A stretch of DNA of 64,000 nt from Dehalococcoidia bacterium (GCA_963667465.2 CAXXDN010000001.1:896001-960000); one strand, 5' to 3'. Positions 20,113 to 30,176 are shown, counted from the first letter of the stretch. Numbers and translations are program-made. Notes: a model not told the origin generated them from the sequence alone.

Positions 20113-21060
20113 TCACTCCTCGCCGCGCAGCGCCCGGCTCACGTTCTGCGCCGTCACCAGCGAGACGCGCCGGTTCGACTCCTCCGTGATGCCCGCGATG
20201 TGCGGGGTCAGCAGCAGGTTCGGGGCGCCCTCGAAGCGCGCGCCGCCCACCGCGTCCAGCGGCTCGTCCGCGAAGACGTCGAGCGCCGCGCCGCCGAGGC
20301 GTCCCGCGCGCAACGCGGCGACGAGCGCCTCCTCGTCGACGATCCCGCCGCGCGAGGTGTTGATCAGCAGGGCGTGCGGCGGCAGCAGCGCCAGCGCCTC
20401 CGCGTCGAGCAGCCCGCGCGTCGAGTCCGTCAGCGGGACATGGATGCTCACTGCGTCGCTCGACCGCAGCAGGTCGGGCAGCGCCTCGAAGCGCTCGGCC
20501 TGCTCCCAGACGGCGTCGTGAGGCTCGAGGTACGGGTCATGGGCGGCGGTGCTCATGCCGAGGGCGCTCGCGCGCTCGGCGACGGTCCGCGCGACGGAGC
20601 CGAGGCCGATCAGGCCGAGCCGCGATCCCGCCAGCTCGCGGCCGCCGAGCTCCTGCCGCGGCCACTCGCCGGCCGCCACGCGCGCCGTCGCGCCGTAGAC
20701 GGGCCGCCACAGCTGCAGCATCGTCGCCAGCGTGTACTCGGCGACGGAGACCGCATTCGCTCCCGTGGCGGGGAAGACGGCGATGCCGCGCTCCGCGCAG
20801 GCGTCCAGGTCGATGTTGTCGAGGCCCACGCCGAGCCGCCCGACAACCTCGAGGGCGGTTGCGGCTTCCAGCAACTCGCGATCGACCTGCGTAACGTTGC
20901 GCACGATCAGCGCGCGCACGGCGGTGACGGCGGTCAGCAGATCGCCGCGCGCCCGGGCGAGTCCGGGCTCGTAGCGCACGGCGAAGTCGCCGCGCAGCGC
21001 CTCGACGGCTTCCTCGTCGATGAACTCGCTGATTAGGATGTCACTGGCGGCGGCGCACAC
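20113..21060 (-). CDS. D-2-hydroxyacid dehydrogenase, SlcC ((S)-sulfolactate dehydrogenase)-like
   Basis: ILISEFIDE, LIVRN.TQV, GRLGVGLDNID, PATGANA.SVAEY, TPHIAG; start approximate. Confidence 0.85.
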   Translation of the reverse strand: MCAAASDILISEFIDEEAVEALRGDFAVRYEPGLARARGDLLTAVTAVRALIVRNVTQVDRELLEAATALEVVGRLGVGLDNIDLDACAERGIAVFPATGANAVSVAEYTLATMLQLWRPVYGATARVAAGEWPRQELGGRELAGSRLGLIGLGSVARTVAERASALGMSTAAHDPYLEPHDAVWEQAERFEALPDLLRSSDAVSIHVPLTDSTRGLLDAEALALLPPHALLINTSRGGIVDEEALVAALRAGRLGGAALDVFADEPLDAVGGARFEGAPNLLLTPHIAGITEESNRRVSLVTAQNVSRALRGEE

Positions 21061-21147
21061 GGCGTGGGGTATCCCTTCGCATCGGATGTTGCCGGGGTGC
21101 AGCCTAGCGCACCGTCCGGACATGGTCGCCGCCTGGAGGTTGAGACG

Positions 21148-22335
21148 TTGACGAAGCTGCCCGCATCCACGCTGACGCACCTGGAATGCTCGATCTGCGG
21201 CGCGCGCCACGAGTGCGACGAGTTGCAGACGATCTGCCGCGAGTGCGGGCGCGCACTGTTCGCACGCTACGACCTGGACGCCGCGAAGCAAACGCTGACG
21301 CGCGAGGGGCTCGGCGGGCGCGAGGCCTCGATGTGGCGCTACGCCGAGGTGATGCCGGCGAGCGACCTCGCCGGCTCGGTCTCCCTCGGCGAGGGCATGA
21401 CGCCGTTGCTGGAGGCGCCGCGCCTTGGAGCGGACCTCGGTTGCGGCGACCTGCTGGTGAAGGACGAGGGCGGCAACCCGACCGGCTCGTTCAAGGCGCG
21501 CGGCATCGCTGCCGCGATGGCGATGGCGAAGCGCCTCGGCGTCACGGACGTCGGGATGCCGACCGCCGGCAACGCGGGCTCCGCTGCCGCCGCCTACTGC
21601 GCGCACAGCGGCATCACCGCCCACGTCGCGATGCCGGCCGACACCCCGGCGGCGATCATCCAGGAGGTGCTCAACCTCGGCGCCGACCTCCAACTGATCG
21701 ACGGGTTGATCAACGACGCCGGCCGGCTCATCGCCGAGGGCTGCCGCGAGCACGGCTGGTTCGAGATGTCCACACTCAAGGAGCCGTACCGTGTCGAGGG
21801 CAAGAAGACGATGGGCTACGAGCTGTGGGAGCAGCTCGACGGCGAGCTGCCGGACGTCGTGCTCTACCCGACCGGCGGGGGCACCGGGCTGATCGGGATG
21901 TGGAAGGCGTTCGCCGAACTCGAGGCGATGGGGCTGATCGGCAGCGAGCGGCCGCGCATGTACGTGATCCAGTCCGACGGCTGTGCGCCGATCGTACGGG
22001 CCTGGAGCGAGGGCGCCGAGCGCGCCGAGCCGTGGCAGGACGCGGCGACGGTCGCGCCCGGCATCCGCGTGCCCGCCCCCTTCGCCGACGACCTGATCCT
22101 GCAAACCCTGCGCGAGAGCGGCGGCACGGCGGTCGCGGTCCCCGACGAGGCGATCGTGCCGGCGATGCGGCGCTTCGGCCGCCTCGAGGGCATCGACGCC
22201 TGCCCCGAGGGCGCGTCCACGCTGCTCGGGCTCGAGCTGCTGCTGGCCGCTGGCTCGGTCCAGCCCGGCGAGCGGATCGTGCTGTTCAACACGGGTACGG
22301 GTCTCAAGCACCCGGAACTGCGTCCGGAGGTCTGA
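21148..22335 (+). CDS. Threonine synthase-family PLP enzyme
   Basis: N-terminal Cys pairs, SLGEGMTPL, NPTGSFKARG, EGKKTMGYE, YPTGGGTG; GGAGG before TTG 21148. Confidence 0.9.
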   Translation: MTKLPASTLTHLECSICGARHECDELQTICRECGRALFARYDLDAAKQTLTREGLGGREASMWRYAEVMPASDLAGSVSLGEGMTPLLEAPRLGADLGCGDLLVKDEGGNPTGSFKARGIAAAMAMAKRLGVTDVGMPTAGNAGSAAAAYCAHSGITAHVAMPADTPAAIIQEVLNLGADLQLIDGLINDAGRLIAEGCREHGWFEMSTLKEPYRVEGKKTMGYELWEQLDGELPDVVLYPTGGGTGLIGMWKAFAELEAMGLIGSERPRMYVIQSDGCAPIVRAWSEGAERAEPWQDAATVAPGIRVPAPFADDLILQTLRESGGTAVAVPDEAIVPAMRRFGRLEGIDACPEGASTLLGLELLLAAGSVQPGERIVLFNTGTGLKHPELRPEV

Positions 22336-23294
22336 TGCGTTACTTCATTACCGGCGGCACCGGCTTCATCGGCGCTTACCTGGTGCGCGACCTGCTGCGG
22401 GCCGGGCACCAGGTCACGATCTTCGAGCTGGTCCCGCAACCCGGGTTCCTCGAGGAGATCGTCGGCGATGCCGGCGAGGCGAGCATCGTGCGCGGCGACG
22501 TGACGGACCTGCCCGCGCTGCTGCACGCGATGAAGGACGCGGGCGCCGAGCGCGTGGTGCACCTCGCCTCGCTGCTCACCGACTCAAGCGAGGAGAACCC
22601 GCTGCGCGCCGTGCGCATCAACCTCGAGGGCACGCTCCACGCCTTCGAAGCCGCGCTCGCCGTGGGAGCGCAGAAGGTGGTGTGGGCCTCTTCGATCGCC
22701 GCGTTCGGGCGCGGCCCGGACGCGCCGGGCGGCACGGTGCGTAACGACGACTACCACGCGCCAGTCAACCTCTACGGGGCGAGCAAGGCCTTCCTCGAGC
22801 GCTGCACGGCGACCTACCGCCGCGATCGAGGGCTGGACGTGGTGGGGCTGCGCTTCACGATCGTCTACGGCTACGGCAAGTCCTTCACCGTCCAGCGCGG
22901 TAGCGCCGTCACGCACCTGCACGAACTGATCGACAAGCCGGCGCTCGACCAGCCCGGGCTCGTCACCAACGCCGACGATGTGCAGGACTTCTCCTACGTC
23001 GAGGATTGCGCGCGCGCGATCGTGCTCGCCGCCGATGCGCCCAACACGCCTTCGCTCGCGCTCACGGTGACGGGCGACGACGTGCGCGTCGGCGATGTGG
23101 CGGACGTGGTGCGGGAGCTGCTGCCGGACGCCCGGATCGAGGTGCGCAGCGACGCGCCGCCGCGCATCCGCGCCGGCTACGACCGCGAGGGCACGGAGCG
23201 CGAGATCGGCTTCCGTCCCGCCTGGACGCTGCGCGAGGGCCTCGCGAGCACGATCGGCAAGCTGCGCGCAAGCCACGGCCTGCCGCCGATCTAG
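22335..23294 (+). CDS. NAD-dependent epimerase/dehydratase
   Basis: ITGGTGFIG, VHLAS, YGASK; ATG overlaps upstream stop. Confidence 0.9.
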   Translation: MRYFITGGTGFIGAYLVRDLLRAGHQVTIFELVPQPGFLEEIVGDAGEASIVRGDVTDLPALLHAMKDAGAERVVHLASLLTDSSEENPLRAVRINLEGTLHAFEAALAVGAQKVVWASSIAAFGRGPDAPGGTVRNDDYHAPVNLYGASKAFLERCTATYRRDRGLDVVGLRFTIVYGYGKSFTVQRGSAVTHLHELIDKPALDQPGLVTNADDVQDFSYVEDCARAIVLAADAPNTPSLALTVTGDDVRVGDVADVVRELLPDARIEVRSDAPPRIRAGYDREGTEREIGFRPAWTLREGLASTIGKLRASHGLPPI

Positions 23295-23309
23295 CTCCTC
23301 GGGGCGGCG

Positions 23310-24497
23310 CTACCCCGGTTCGCTGCCGAAGATCACGCTGCTGACCGGCTGCACCATCGGCCCCGAGGTCACCATCGAGACCTCGACGCCGGGGACCTGG
23401 CGCGTGGAGTGGCCGCGGAGCTGGCGGACGGCCTCGATGTTCAGCTCCAGGCCGTGCATGTAGCACTCGGCGAGGTTGCCGCCGCTGGTGTTGAGCGGGA
23501 GCTGCCCGCCCGGGGCGGAGAAGTTCTCCAGCGTGAAGAACTCGTTCACCTCGTCCGGCTGGCAGAAGCCGTGCTCGACGATGCTGACCATCACGCAGCC
23601 GGTGAAGTTCTCGTAGCTCTGCAACACGTCGACGTCCTCGGGGCCGACGCCGGCCTGCGCGTAGAGGTGCGGGGCGAGGGTCTTGAAGTTCGCCGTCGCG
23701 TAGTCGGGCGCGTTGTGCCAGCTGGCGGCCTGGCGGTGCCCGGAGCCCTGTGCGGCGCCGAGGATGTAGGCGGGCTTCTGCCGCAGGTCGCGGGCCCGCT
23801 CGGCGGGCACGAGGATCATCGCGGCGGCGCCGTCGTTCTCCTGGCAGCAGTCGAAGAGGTGGAACGGCTCGACGATCCAGCGCGAGGCGTCGTAGGCCGC
23901 CTCGTCCAGCGGCCGTCCGTTCATTACCGCGCGCGGGTTGTGCTGTGCGTGCTGGTAGCTGGCGAGGGAGACGGCGCGCAGCGCCTCCTGCCGCACGCCG
24001 TGCTCGTGCATGAAGCGCCGCACGCGCATCGCGTACTGCTGTGCGGGCGAGAGCACGCCGTAGGGCTGTGCGTAGCCGAGCGGCCCCTCCGCGCGGGGGC
24101 CGCCTCGAGCCTGGCCGAAGCGCCCGAACTGGCCCTGTGCGAGCGAGCGGTAGACGACCACGGCGTCGGCAAAGCCGGCGGCGATTGCGGCCGCGCCGTT
24201 GGCGACCGCGCCCGATCCGCCGCCGCCGCCGCCGCCCCAGACGAGGTTGCTGAGCCGGTGCTCGGGCAGCCCCAGCGCGGTGGCGATGCGGTCCGGCGTG
24301 CTGCGCTCGGTGGCGTAGGAGGCGAAGCCGTCGATCTCGGAGACCTCGATGCCGGCGTCCGCGGCGGCGCCGATGATCGCCTCGAGGCACATCTTGAACT
24401 CGGAGTCCTCGGCCTGGCTCTGCTTGTAGTACGTGGTTTCGGCGACGCCTGCGACGGCGACCTTGCCGCGAATCGAGCGCTCGTTGTGTGCGGCCAT
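23310..24497 (-). CDS. SCP-x/Ltp2-type thiolase-like protein
   Basis: AQHNPRA, FDCCQENDGA, YENFT, LNTSGGNLAE.YMHG, EAVRQLRG; Gly-rich stretch at the usual Cys site. Confidence 0.88.
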   Translation of the reverse strand: MAAHNERSIRGKVAVAGVAETTYYKQSQAEDSEFKMCLEAIIGAAADAGIEVSEIDGFASYATERSTPDRIATALGLPEHRLSNLVWGGGGGGGSGAVANGAAAIAAGFADAVVVYRSLAQGQFGRFGQARGGPRAEGPLGYAQPYGVLSPAQQYAMRVRRFMHEHGVRQEALRAVSLASYQHAQHNPRAVMNGRPLDEAAYDASRWIVEPFHLFDCCQENDGAAAMILVPAERARDLRQKPAYILGAAQGSGHRQAASWHNAPDYATANFKTLAPHLYAQAGVGPEDVDVLQSYENFTGCVMVSIVEHGFCQPDEVNEFFTLENFSAPGGQLPLNTSGGNLAECYMHGLELNIEAVRQLRGHSTRQVPGVEVSMVTSGPMVQPVSSVIFGSEPG

Positions 24498-24625
24498 GGC
24501 CGGGCTCCGTTCATGCTTCCCGCGGCGGATGCGCGTATGTATAGCACGCGGTCGCGCTCGGCAGCCGCGCGCCACCGGGCGGGATATGCTACGTAGTGCC
24601 GGACGGACGGGAGGCGCTGACGAAG

Positions 24626-25126
24626 ATGAGCGAAGAACCGGAGACGCTGGTCACCGACGAGATGATCGCGGCCAGGGGCGTGTGGGGCGGCGAAACGACC
24701 TCGCACCCCGTGACCGAGTCCGACATCCGCAAGTGGGCGATCGCGACCTACTGGCCGGACAAGCCACCTCCCGTCTACTGGGACGAGGAGTACGCGCGCG
24801 GCACGAAGTGGGGCGGGATCATCGCGCCTCGCGACTTCAACCCCTTTGCCTGGCCTGTCGACCGGCCACCCGGCCCCCCTTCGGCGGGTGCGCGGCCGGG
24901 GCAGACGCCGCAGAAGGGCGAGAACGTCCTCAACGGCGGGCAGGCGGATACCTGGTTCGCGCCGATCCGGCCGGGAGACGTGATGACCTCGCGCACCCGG
25001 CTCGCTCGCTGGGAGGAGCGCACGGGCCGCCTCGGCCTCACGCTCTTCACGTACACCGAGATCGAGTGGCACAACCAGGACGGCGAGCTGGTGCGGCGAC
25101 GCATCTCGACCGGCATCCGCTACTAG
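24626..25126 (+). CDS. MaoC-like dehydratase (hot-dog fold, subunit 1)
   Basis: VTESDIRKWA.A, YWDEEYA..T.WGGIIAP, LNGG; alternative GTG start at 24596. Confidence 0.82.
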   Translation: MSEEPETLVTDEMIAARGVWGGETTSHPVTESDIRKWAIATYWPDKPPPVYWDEEYARGTKWGGIIAPRDFNPFAWPVDRPPGPPSAGARPGQTPQKGENVLNGGQADTWFAPIRPGDVMTSRTRLARWEERTGRLGLTLFTYTEIEWHNQDGELVRRRISTGIRY

Positions 25127-25149
25127 CCGAGGACCGGAGGAACCAAACC

Positions 25150-25584
25150 GTGGCCAACAACGTCTACTACGAAGACGTCGAGATCGGACAGGAAATCCCT
25201 GCCTTCGAGCGCAAGACGGACTTCATGAACTGGAACCGCTACGCGGCCGTGAACGACGAATTCGTCTTCGTCCACATGGACGACGACGTCGGCAAGGCCG
25301 CCGGGCAGGGCGCAGCCTTCGGGATGGGCAACCTGCGTTGGGCCTACGTGATCAACGCGCTCCAGGACTGGGCCGGCGACGAGGCGGACATCCGCGAACT
25401 GTCGATGCAGTTCCGCGCGATCAACCACAAGCACGACGTGCTGACGACGCGCTGCGTAGTGAGCGAGAAGACGGTCGAGGCCGGCGAGCACCTCGTCAGC
25501 TTCGACATCAACGTGATCAACCAGGAAGGCGCGGCGACCGCGCCGGGTACGGCCGTCGTCGTGCTCCCCTCGCGCGAGGGGTAG
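25150..25584 (+). CDS. MaoC-like dehydratase (subunit 2)
   Basis: YYEDVEIG..IP, RYAAVND.F..VHMD; GGAGG before GTG 25150. Confidence 0.85.
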   Translation: MANNVYYEDVEIGQEIPAFERKTDFMNWNRYAAVNDEFVFVHMDDDVGKAAGQGAAFGMGNLRWAYVINALQDWAGDEADIRELSMQFRAINHKHDVLTTRCVVSEKTVEAGEHLVSFDINVINQEGAATAPGTAVVVLPSREG

Positions 25585-25645
25585 ACGCGGTCAGGCTCGT
25601 TACGCTCGACGCCGCCGCCCTTAGCAGGCGGGGCGCCTCGCCTGC

Positions 25646-26866
25646 GTGGACGGCGAGCCTGGGGGGTGGCCGGGCGTGAGCCTTATCGGAGGGGGCGCGG
25701 CCTACCGCGACGGGCAGGGACGAACGCGCTGCCGGCGCTGCGACAAAATCGTCTACGCGGGCGAAGAGGAAGCGCAGGCTGCGGCCGACGCCGCCCGCGC
25801 GGAGCGCGTCCTGCTGCGCCCCTACCGCGAGCCCGCCTGCGGCTACTGGCACCTCACCTCGCGGGCCGAACTGCCGCTGCAAGCCCGGCAGGAGGAGCGT
25901 GCCCGGGAGCGCGAGAAGGCCGGGCAGGGCCGCCGCTACCAGCCGATCCTCGTTGCGTTGGTCGTCGTGTTCGTCGTTGCCGCCGCAGTCGCGGCGTTCC
26001 TGCTCGACCGTCTGGGCGGCGCTGAGCCGGATCCCACGCCGACGGTCGCCGCCACTCCGGTAGCAGCGACAACCGTAGCCACCGCGACCGCTCCGCCCAC
26101 GCCCACGGCCACCGCCGACCCGGCGCGCACAGCGACCGCGACCCCGTCGCCCGCGGCCACTCCGCCACCAACGCCCGTCCCGACACCTGAGCCGATCGTC
26201 GTATGGACCATCGGCAACACGGGCGGCAGCGGCGTGGCGCTGCGCGACGACTGTGACGACGAGGCCCGCTACTCCGCGCGCGGCGAGGGCTGGGCCGACG
26301 CCACGCGGGTCGAGCTGATCGAGGAAGGCGAGGGCCGCTGCGAGGGCTGGCTCAACGTCCAGGCCGCAGACGAGGTCTCGTGGGTGCGGCGGGCGTACTT
26401 GCTCCGTCGTGTCCTGTCATCGACGTGGACCGTCGGCAACACAGGGGGCTTGGGGGTGACGCGGCGCGGCGACTGCCTCGACTCAGCCCGCAGCTCCGCG
26501 CCCGGCGAGGGCTGGGCCGAAGACACGGAGGTGCGCCTGCTCGAGGTCGGCGAGGCGCGCTGTGTGGGCTGGCTGCGCGTCGAGTCCGGGGGCGTCGAGT
26601 CATGGGTGCGCGAGCGCTACCTGACCGAGGTCGTCGACCTGACCCTCGTGGAGGGCTGGACCGTCGGCAACACCGGCGGCGGCGGCGTGGCGCTGCGCAA
26701 CGACTGCCTGGACACCGCCCGCGTCGGGCAAGGCGTCAACTGGCCGGACGCGACGAGCGTCGAACTGATCGAGGTCGGCGAGGATCGCTGCGCGGGCTGG
26801 CTGCTGGTGGAGTCCGAGGGCGTCGAGTCGTGGGTGCGGGAGCGGTTCCTGATCGCAGAGGAGTAG
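25646..26866 (+). CDS. Membrane-anchored protein with Pro/Thr linker and three tandem SH3-like repeats
   Basis: One TM helix; repeats WT(I/V)GNTGG.GV..R.DC...RC.GWL.V....SWVR..(Y/F)L starting at 26204, 26426, 26657. Confidence 0.8.
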   Translation: MDGEPGGWPGVSLIGGGAAYRDGQGRTRCRRCDKIVYAGEEEAQAAADAARAERVLLRPYREPACGYWHLTSRAELPLQARQEERAREREKAGQGRRYQPILVALVVVFVVAAAVAAFLLDRLGGAEPDPTPTVAATPVAATTVATATAPPTPTATADPARTATATPSPAATPPPTPVPTPEPIVVWTIGNTGGSGVALRDDCDDEARYSARGEGWADATRVELIEEGEGRCEGWLNVQAADEVSWVRRAYLLRRVLSSTWTVGNTGGLGVTRRGDCLDSARSSAPGEGWAEDTEVRLLEVGEARCVGWLRVESGGVESWVRERYLTEVVDLTLVEGWTVGNTGGGGVALRNDCLDTARVGQGVNWPDATSVELIEVGEDRCAGWLLVESEGVESWVRERFLIAEE

Positions 26867-26884
26867 TAACGGCGGGCTGCGGAG

Positions 26885-28609
26885 CTAGTCCGCGGGGGCC
26901 GGGCTCCGGTCGATGGCGGGCAGTTCCTCGATCGGGATCTCCTCGATGTCGTCGAGGGCCGCCTCGATCGGGTCGCCGTCGCCCTGGCTGGTCCCGTGGG
27001 CGTCGAGGCCGAAGGCCTCGCTGTAGCGGTAGTAGAGCTCCAGCGAGTCGCCGTACTTGCGGTGTCCGGCGGTGTGCTTGGCGCAGGCGAGCAGCAGGCG
27101 GTCGCGGTCCGGCGAACTCGTGCGCGCGTAGTCCTCGAGGAAGCAGAAGCCGAGTTCCTGGTTGTGCGGGTCGTTGCCGTGCTTCGCCGCGCTCATCGCC
27201 AGCGAGGCGAGCAGCGGGGCGCGCTCGTAGCCGCCGTCGAGGTAGGCCTGCACCCAGCTGGCGGCCTCGTCCGGCGCCAGCCGGTCCGTGGCGGTCTCCA
27301 GCTCGCGGAGAACCTGGTTGCGGGAGAGCCGGTCAGAGCCGGCGGGGGCGCGCAGCAGCGGCCGGCCGTTGCCCGGCGTGTTGCGCAGCTTCATCGCGGC
27401 CTGGTTGACGAAGGAGCCGGCGACGTAGAGCAGCTTGGTGCGGTGGCGGTGCATGAAGCGCCCGTAGAACCAGGCGAGCGTGTTCGTGTACTCGTAGCAG
27501 TGCTGCGGCATCCCGAAGTTCTCGGGCTCGCCGGCCTCGAGGACGACCTGCGCGGCCGCGATCTGGATCGTGTCCAGGATCTTCTTCGGCGAGCGGCCGG
27601 ACTGGAGCAGGCCGGTGATCATGTGGATGTAGGCGGGGTCCGGTTCGCGCAAGATCGCGTGCTTCAGCCCCTCGCGCTCGGCGATCGAGAGGTCGCCTTC
27701 CTGCGCGAACAGCTCAGCGTCGCGCGTGGACTGAGGGGTGGCGGCCAGCGTCGAGATCGGCGGGTCGTCGTCCAACTCCGTCATCAGCACGCGGCAGGCC
27801 ATCTCGTAGTTCGCGTAGTAGTGCGGCCCGACGGCGAGGTCGGGCGCACCCGCGTAGATGATCGGGTCCGCGTGGTCCCAGCCGACGGCGTCGGCGAGCT
27901 CGACCGTGGCGCGGGCGCGGAAGGATTTGTGGCCCGTCGTGTAGCTGGTCACGTAGAGCATGCGGTCCTGGATGTCGATCAGGCCGGCGAACACCATCTG
28001 GCCGGCAACGCGTTCGCGGTTCCCTGGGTTGCGCAGCATCCCCTTGAGCAGGCTGAAGGCCGGCCCGGCCTGGTTGCGCATGACCAGCGTCAGCCACTCG
28101 TTAAGCTGCTCGTCGAGGGTGCCGATCTCCTCGGGGTGCTCCAGCGCGGGCACGTCCAGGTTGTAGATCTCGGGGGCCGGCGGGACGGGGTAGCGGACCG
28201 GGTCGTAGCGGCTGCGGCCGTAGTGCCCGGGCGCCTTGCCGAGCAGCTGGTTCCAGGCATCGAGGCCGGTCGGCACGTACCACATCGTCTGCGCGAGCGG
28301 CAGGAAACGGTGCTGTTTCGACAGCACGTCCGGCATGCGCATCGCGAGGCGGCCGCTGAGCAGGCAGTGGTCGTTGTTGACGAAGCGCACGAAACCGTCG
28401 TCGAGGCGCTGGTGGAACGGCGCCTGCGTGTACGGCCCGTGGATGCGCACCGTCTCCAGCAGCAGCTCTTCCAGCGGCCGGCCGGCGCGGATCAGGTCGT
28501 AGAGGACGTCGGACGCCGCCTCCTGGTCGCGGGCAATCATGCCCTCCTCGAGGGCGGCATACATCGCCACGGTCCGGGCGTCCGGCCGATCGTAGGAGTC
28601 GGTCGTCAT
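26885..28609 (-). CDS. Hypothetical helical protein with recurrent His motifs
   Basis: 575-codon ORF with host-like codon usage; TATACT-like -10 upstream; no family recognised. Confidence 0.75.
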   Translation of the reverse strand: MTTDSYDRPDARTVAMYAALEEGMIARDQEAASDVLYDLIRAGRPLEELLLETVRIHGPYTQAPFHQRLDDGFVRFVNNDHCLLSGRLAMRMPDVLSKQHRFLPLAQTMWYVPTGLDAWNQLLGKAPGHYGRSRYDPVRYPVPPAPEIYNLDVPALEHPEEIGTLDEQLNEWLTLVMRNQAGPAFSLLKGMLRNPGNRERVAGQMVFAGLIDIQDRMLYVTSYTTGHKSFRARATVELADAVGWDHADPIIYAGAPDLAVGPHYYANYEMACRVLMTELDDDPPISTLAATPQSTRDAELFAQEGDLSIAEREGLKHAILREPDPAYIHMITGLLQSGRSPKKILDTIQIAAAQVVLEAGEPENFGMPQHCYEYTNTLAWFYGRFMHRHRTKLLYVAGSFVNQAAMKLRNTPGNGRPLLRAPAGSDRLSRNQVLRELETATDRLAPDEAASWVQAYLDGGYERAPLLASLAMSAAKHGNDPHNQELGFCFLEDYARTSSPDRDRLLLACAKHTAGHRKYGDSLELYYRYSEAFGLDAHGTSQGDGDPIEAALDDIEEIPIEELPAIDRSPAPAD

Positions 28610-28684
28610 GCACAGCTCCCTGGCGCGGAGTATACCCGCCTGTCGCGACTCCGGCGCTACCACGGCGGGACCGGGAGGAGGCGC

Positions 28685-29119
28685 CTACTGGTGCTGCAGC
28701 GCCTCCGGCTCGGCAACCGCGAAGCAGGCGGCCCCCTCGACGCCCGCGCGCAGCCCAACGGGAAGGGCATCCGAGGCGGCGCCGAACTGCTCGGCGGCAG
28801 CGTCCAGCGCGTCGACAATCTCGAAGACGTTCACCGTCGCGTTGGCGTCGAGCGCCTCGACCTGCGCCTTGAGGTCGGCGAGCGTCGACATGCTCGCCCC
28901 GTGGTAGCCGACCAGCTCCTCGGGCGGCTCGATCCCCTGTGCTTCCTCGAGGAACTGGTCGAGCTGGGAGGAGGCCTCGCGCCAGCTGTTGCCGTCGGCG
29001 AACGGCTCGTACTCCGCCGCGCTGTCACCGCACCACTCCTCGTACTCCTCGACGTTGAGCGAGCCGCCGCATGCGGCGGCGAGGGTCACGAGGAGCAGCA
29101 GTGGTGCGAAGCGGAGCAT
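28685..29119 (-). CDS. Hypothetical lipoprotein
   Basis: MLRFAPLLLLVTLAAAC lipobox. Confidence 0.75.
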   Translation of the reverse strand: MLRFAPLLLLVTLAAACGGSLNVEEYEEWCGDSAAEYEPFADGNSWREASSQLDQFLEEAQGIEPPEELVGYHGASMSTLADLKAQVEALDANATVNVFEIVDALDAAAEQFGAASDALPVGLRAGVEGAACFAVAEPEALQHQ

Positions 29120-29219
29120 GCGCCAGCCTTCCCTGCGCCGCTGAGTCTGCCATCGCCACTCACGCAGGGGAAGCAGCACGCCCGGGTAGTTCTGCTGGCG
29201 AGCACTCGAGGGCGCGCGC

Positions 29220-30176
29220 TCACGGTTGGCGGGCCTCGGTGGTCGCGGCGTCGCAGCGATGGCCGGTGATGCGCTCGGCGAGATCGGGGAAGGCGGGGTC
29301 GATTTCGTAGCGGTAGTCGTCCCAGTAGCCGTCGCGGTCCGGGTCGAAGCGGCGCGGCGGCGTGGCGCTCGCGAGGGCGAGCTCCTTCATGTGCCGCTCG
29401 ATCTCAGCCCGCCGCGCGGCGGCTTCGTGCGGCGGGACGGGCGGCAGCACCTCAAGGCTCAGCGACTGCCCGAAGCGCAGGGTGGCGCTGAACGGGTGCT
29501 CCCACACGCGGTGGCCTCCCGTGACCACGATCGGCAGCAGCGGGCGGCCGAGGCGGCGCGCGAGGTGGAAGGCCCCCGGCTGAAACGCGAGCTCGATGCC
29601 GAGGATCGAGCCCTGGGGGAAAAGGAGCAGGCTGTCGCCGGCCTCGATCGCCGCGAGGGCGTCGCGCTGGAGCGTGCGGGCGCTCGCGATGGGGCGCTCG
29701 GGGCGGATCAGCAGGTGGCGCCCGCGCACGAGCAAGTCACCGAGGAGCGGGAAGGTGGCGAGCTCGTCGCGCGCGACGGCAGTGAGCGAGAGCGGGAGCC
29801 GGAGCAGTGCGAGCCCGTCGGCGAAGCCCTCGTGCAGCGAGGCGACGACGTAGCGCTCGTCCGGGTCGATGTGTTCGAGACCGCTGATGGCGATGCGCAG
29901 GCCGATCAGGCGGGCGGCGAGCCGCGCCGACCAGCGCTCGGCGGCCCGGTAGACCGCCTGCTCCGGCAGCAGCGCGGCGAGCCACAGGGCGAGCCTCGCC
30001 GGGCCGAGGAGCACGAGGGCGGCCACCCACGCGCGGAGCCACTCGCGGGTGGACCCGACAGCGAGGTAGCCGCCGAGCAGGGTGCGTGGCGCCTCTGCGG
30101 TTGCGCCCGCGGGAGGGTTCGCGCGATCAAGCCCCATCGGCGCCGGCGGTAGCGCCCTGGCCCGCGAGAGCGTCAC
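29220..30176 (-). CDS. Lysophospholipid acyltransferase (PlsC-like)
   Basis: HEGFAD (HX4D), LFPQGS, AF..A..LG.PLLPI. Confidence 0.82.
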   Translation of the reverse strand: MTLSRARALPPAPMGLDRANPPAGATAEAPRTLLGGYLAVGSTREWLRAWVAALVLLGPARLALWLAALLPEQAVYRAAERWSARLAARLIGLRIAISGLEHIDPDERYVVASLHEGFADGLALLRLPLSLTAVARDELATFPLLGDLLVRGRHLLIRPERPIASARTLQRDALAAIEAGDSLLLFPQGSILGIELAFQPGAFHLARRLGRPLLPIVVTGGHRVWEHPFSATLRFGQSLSLEVLPPVPPHEAAARRAEIERHMKELALASATPPRRFDPDRDGYWDDYRYEIDPAFPDLAERITGHRCDAATTEARQP

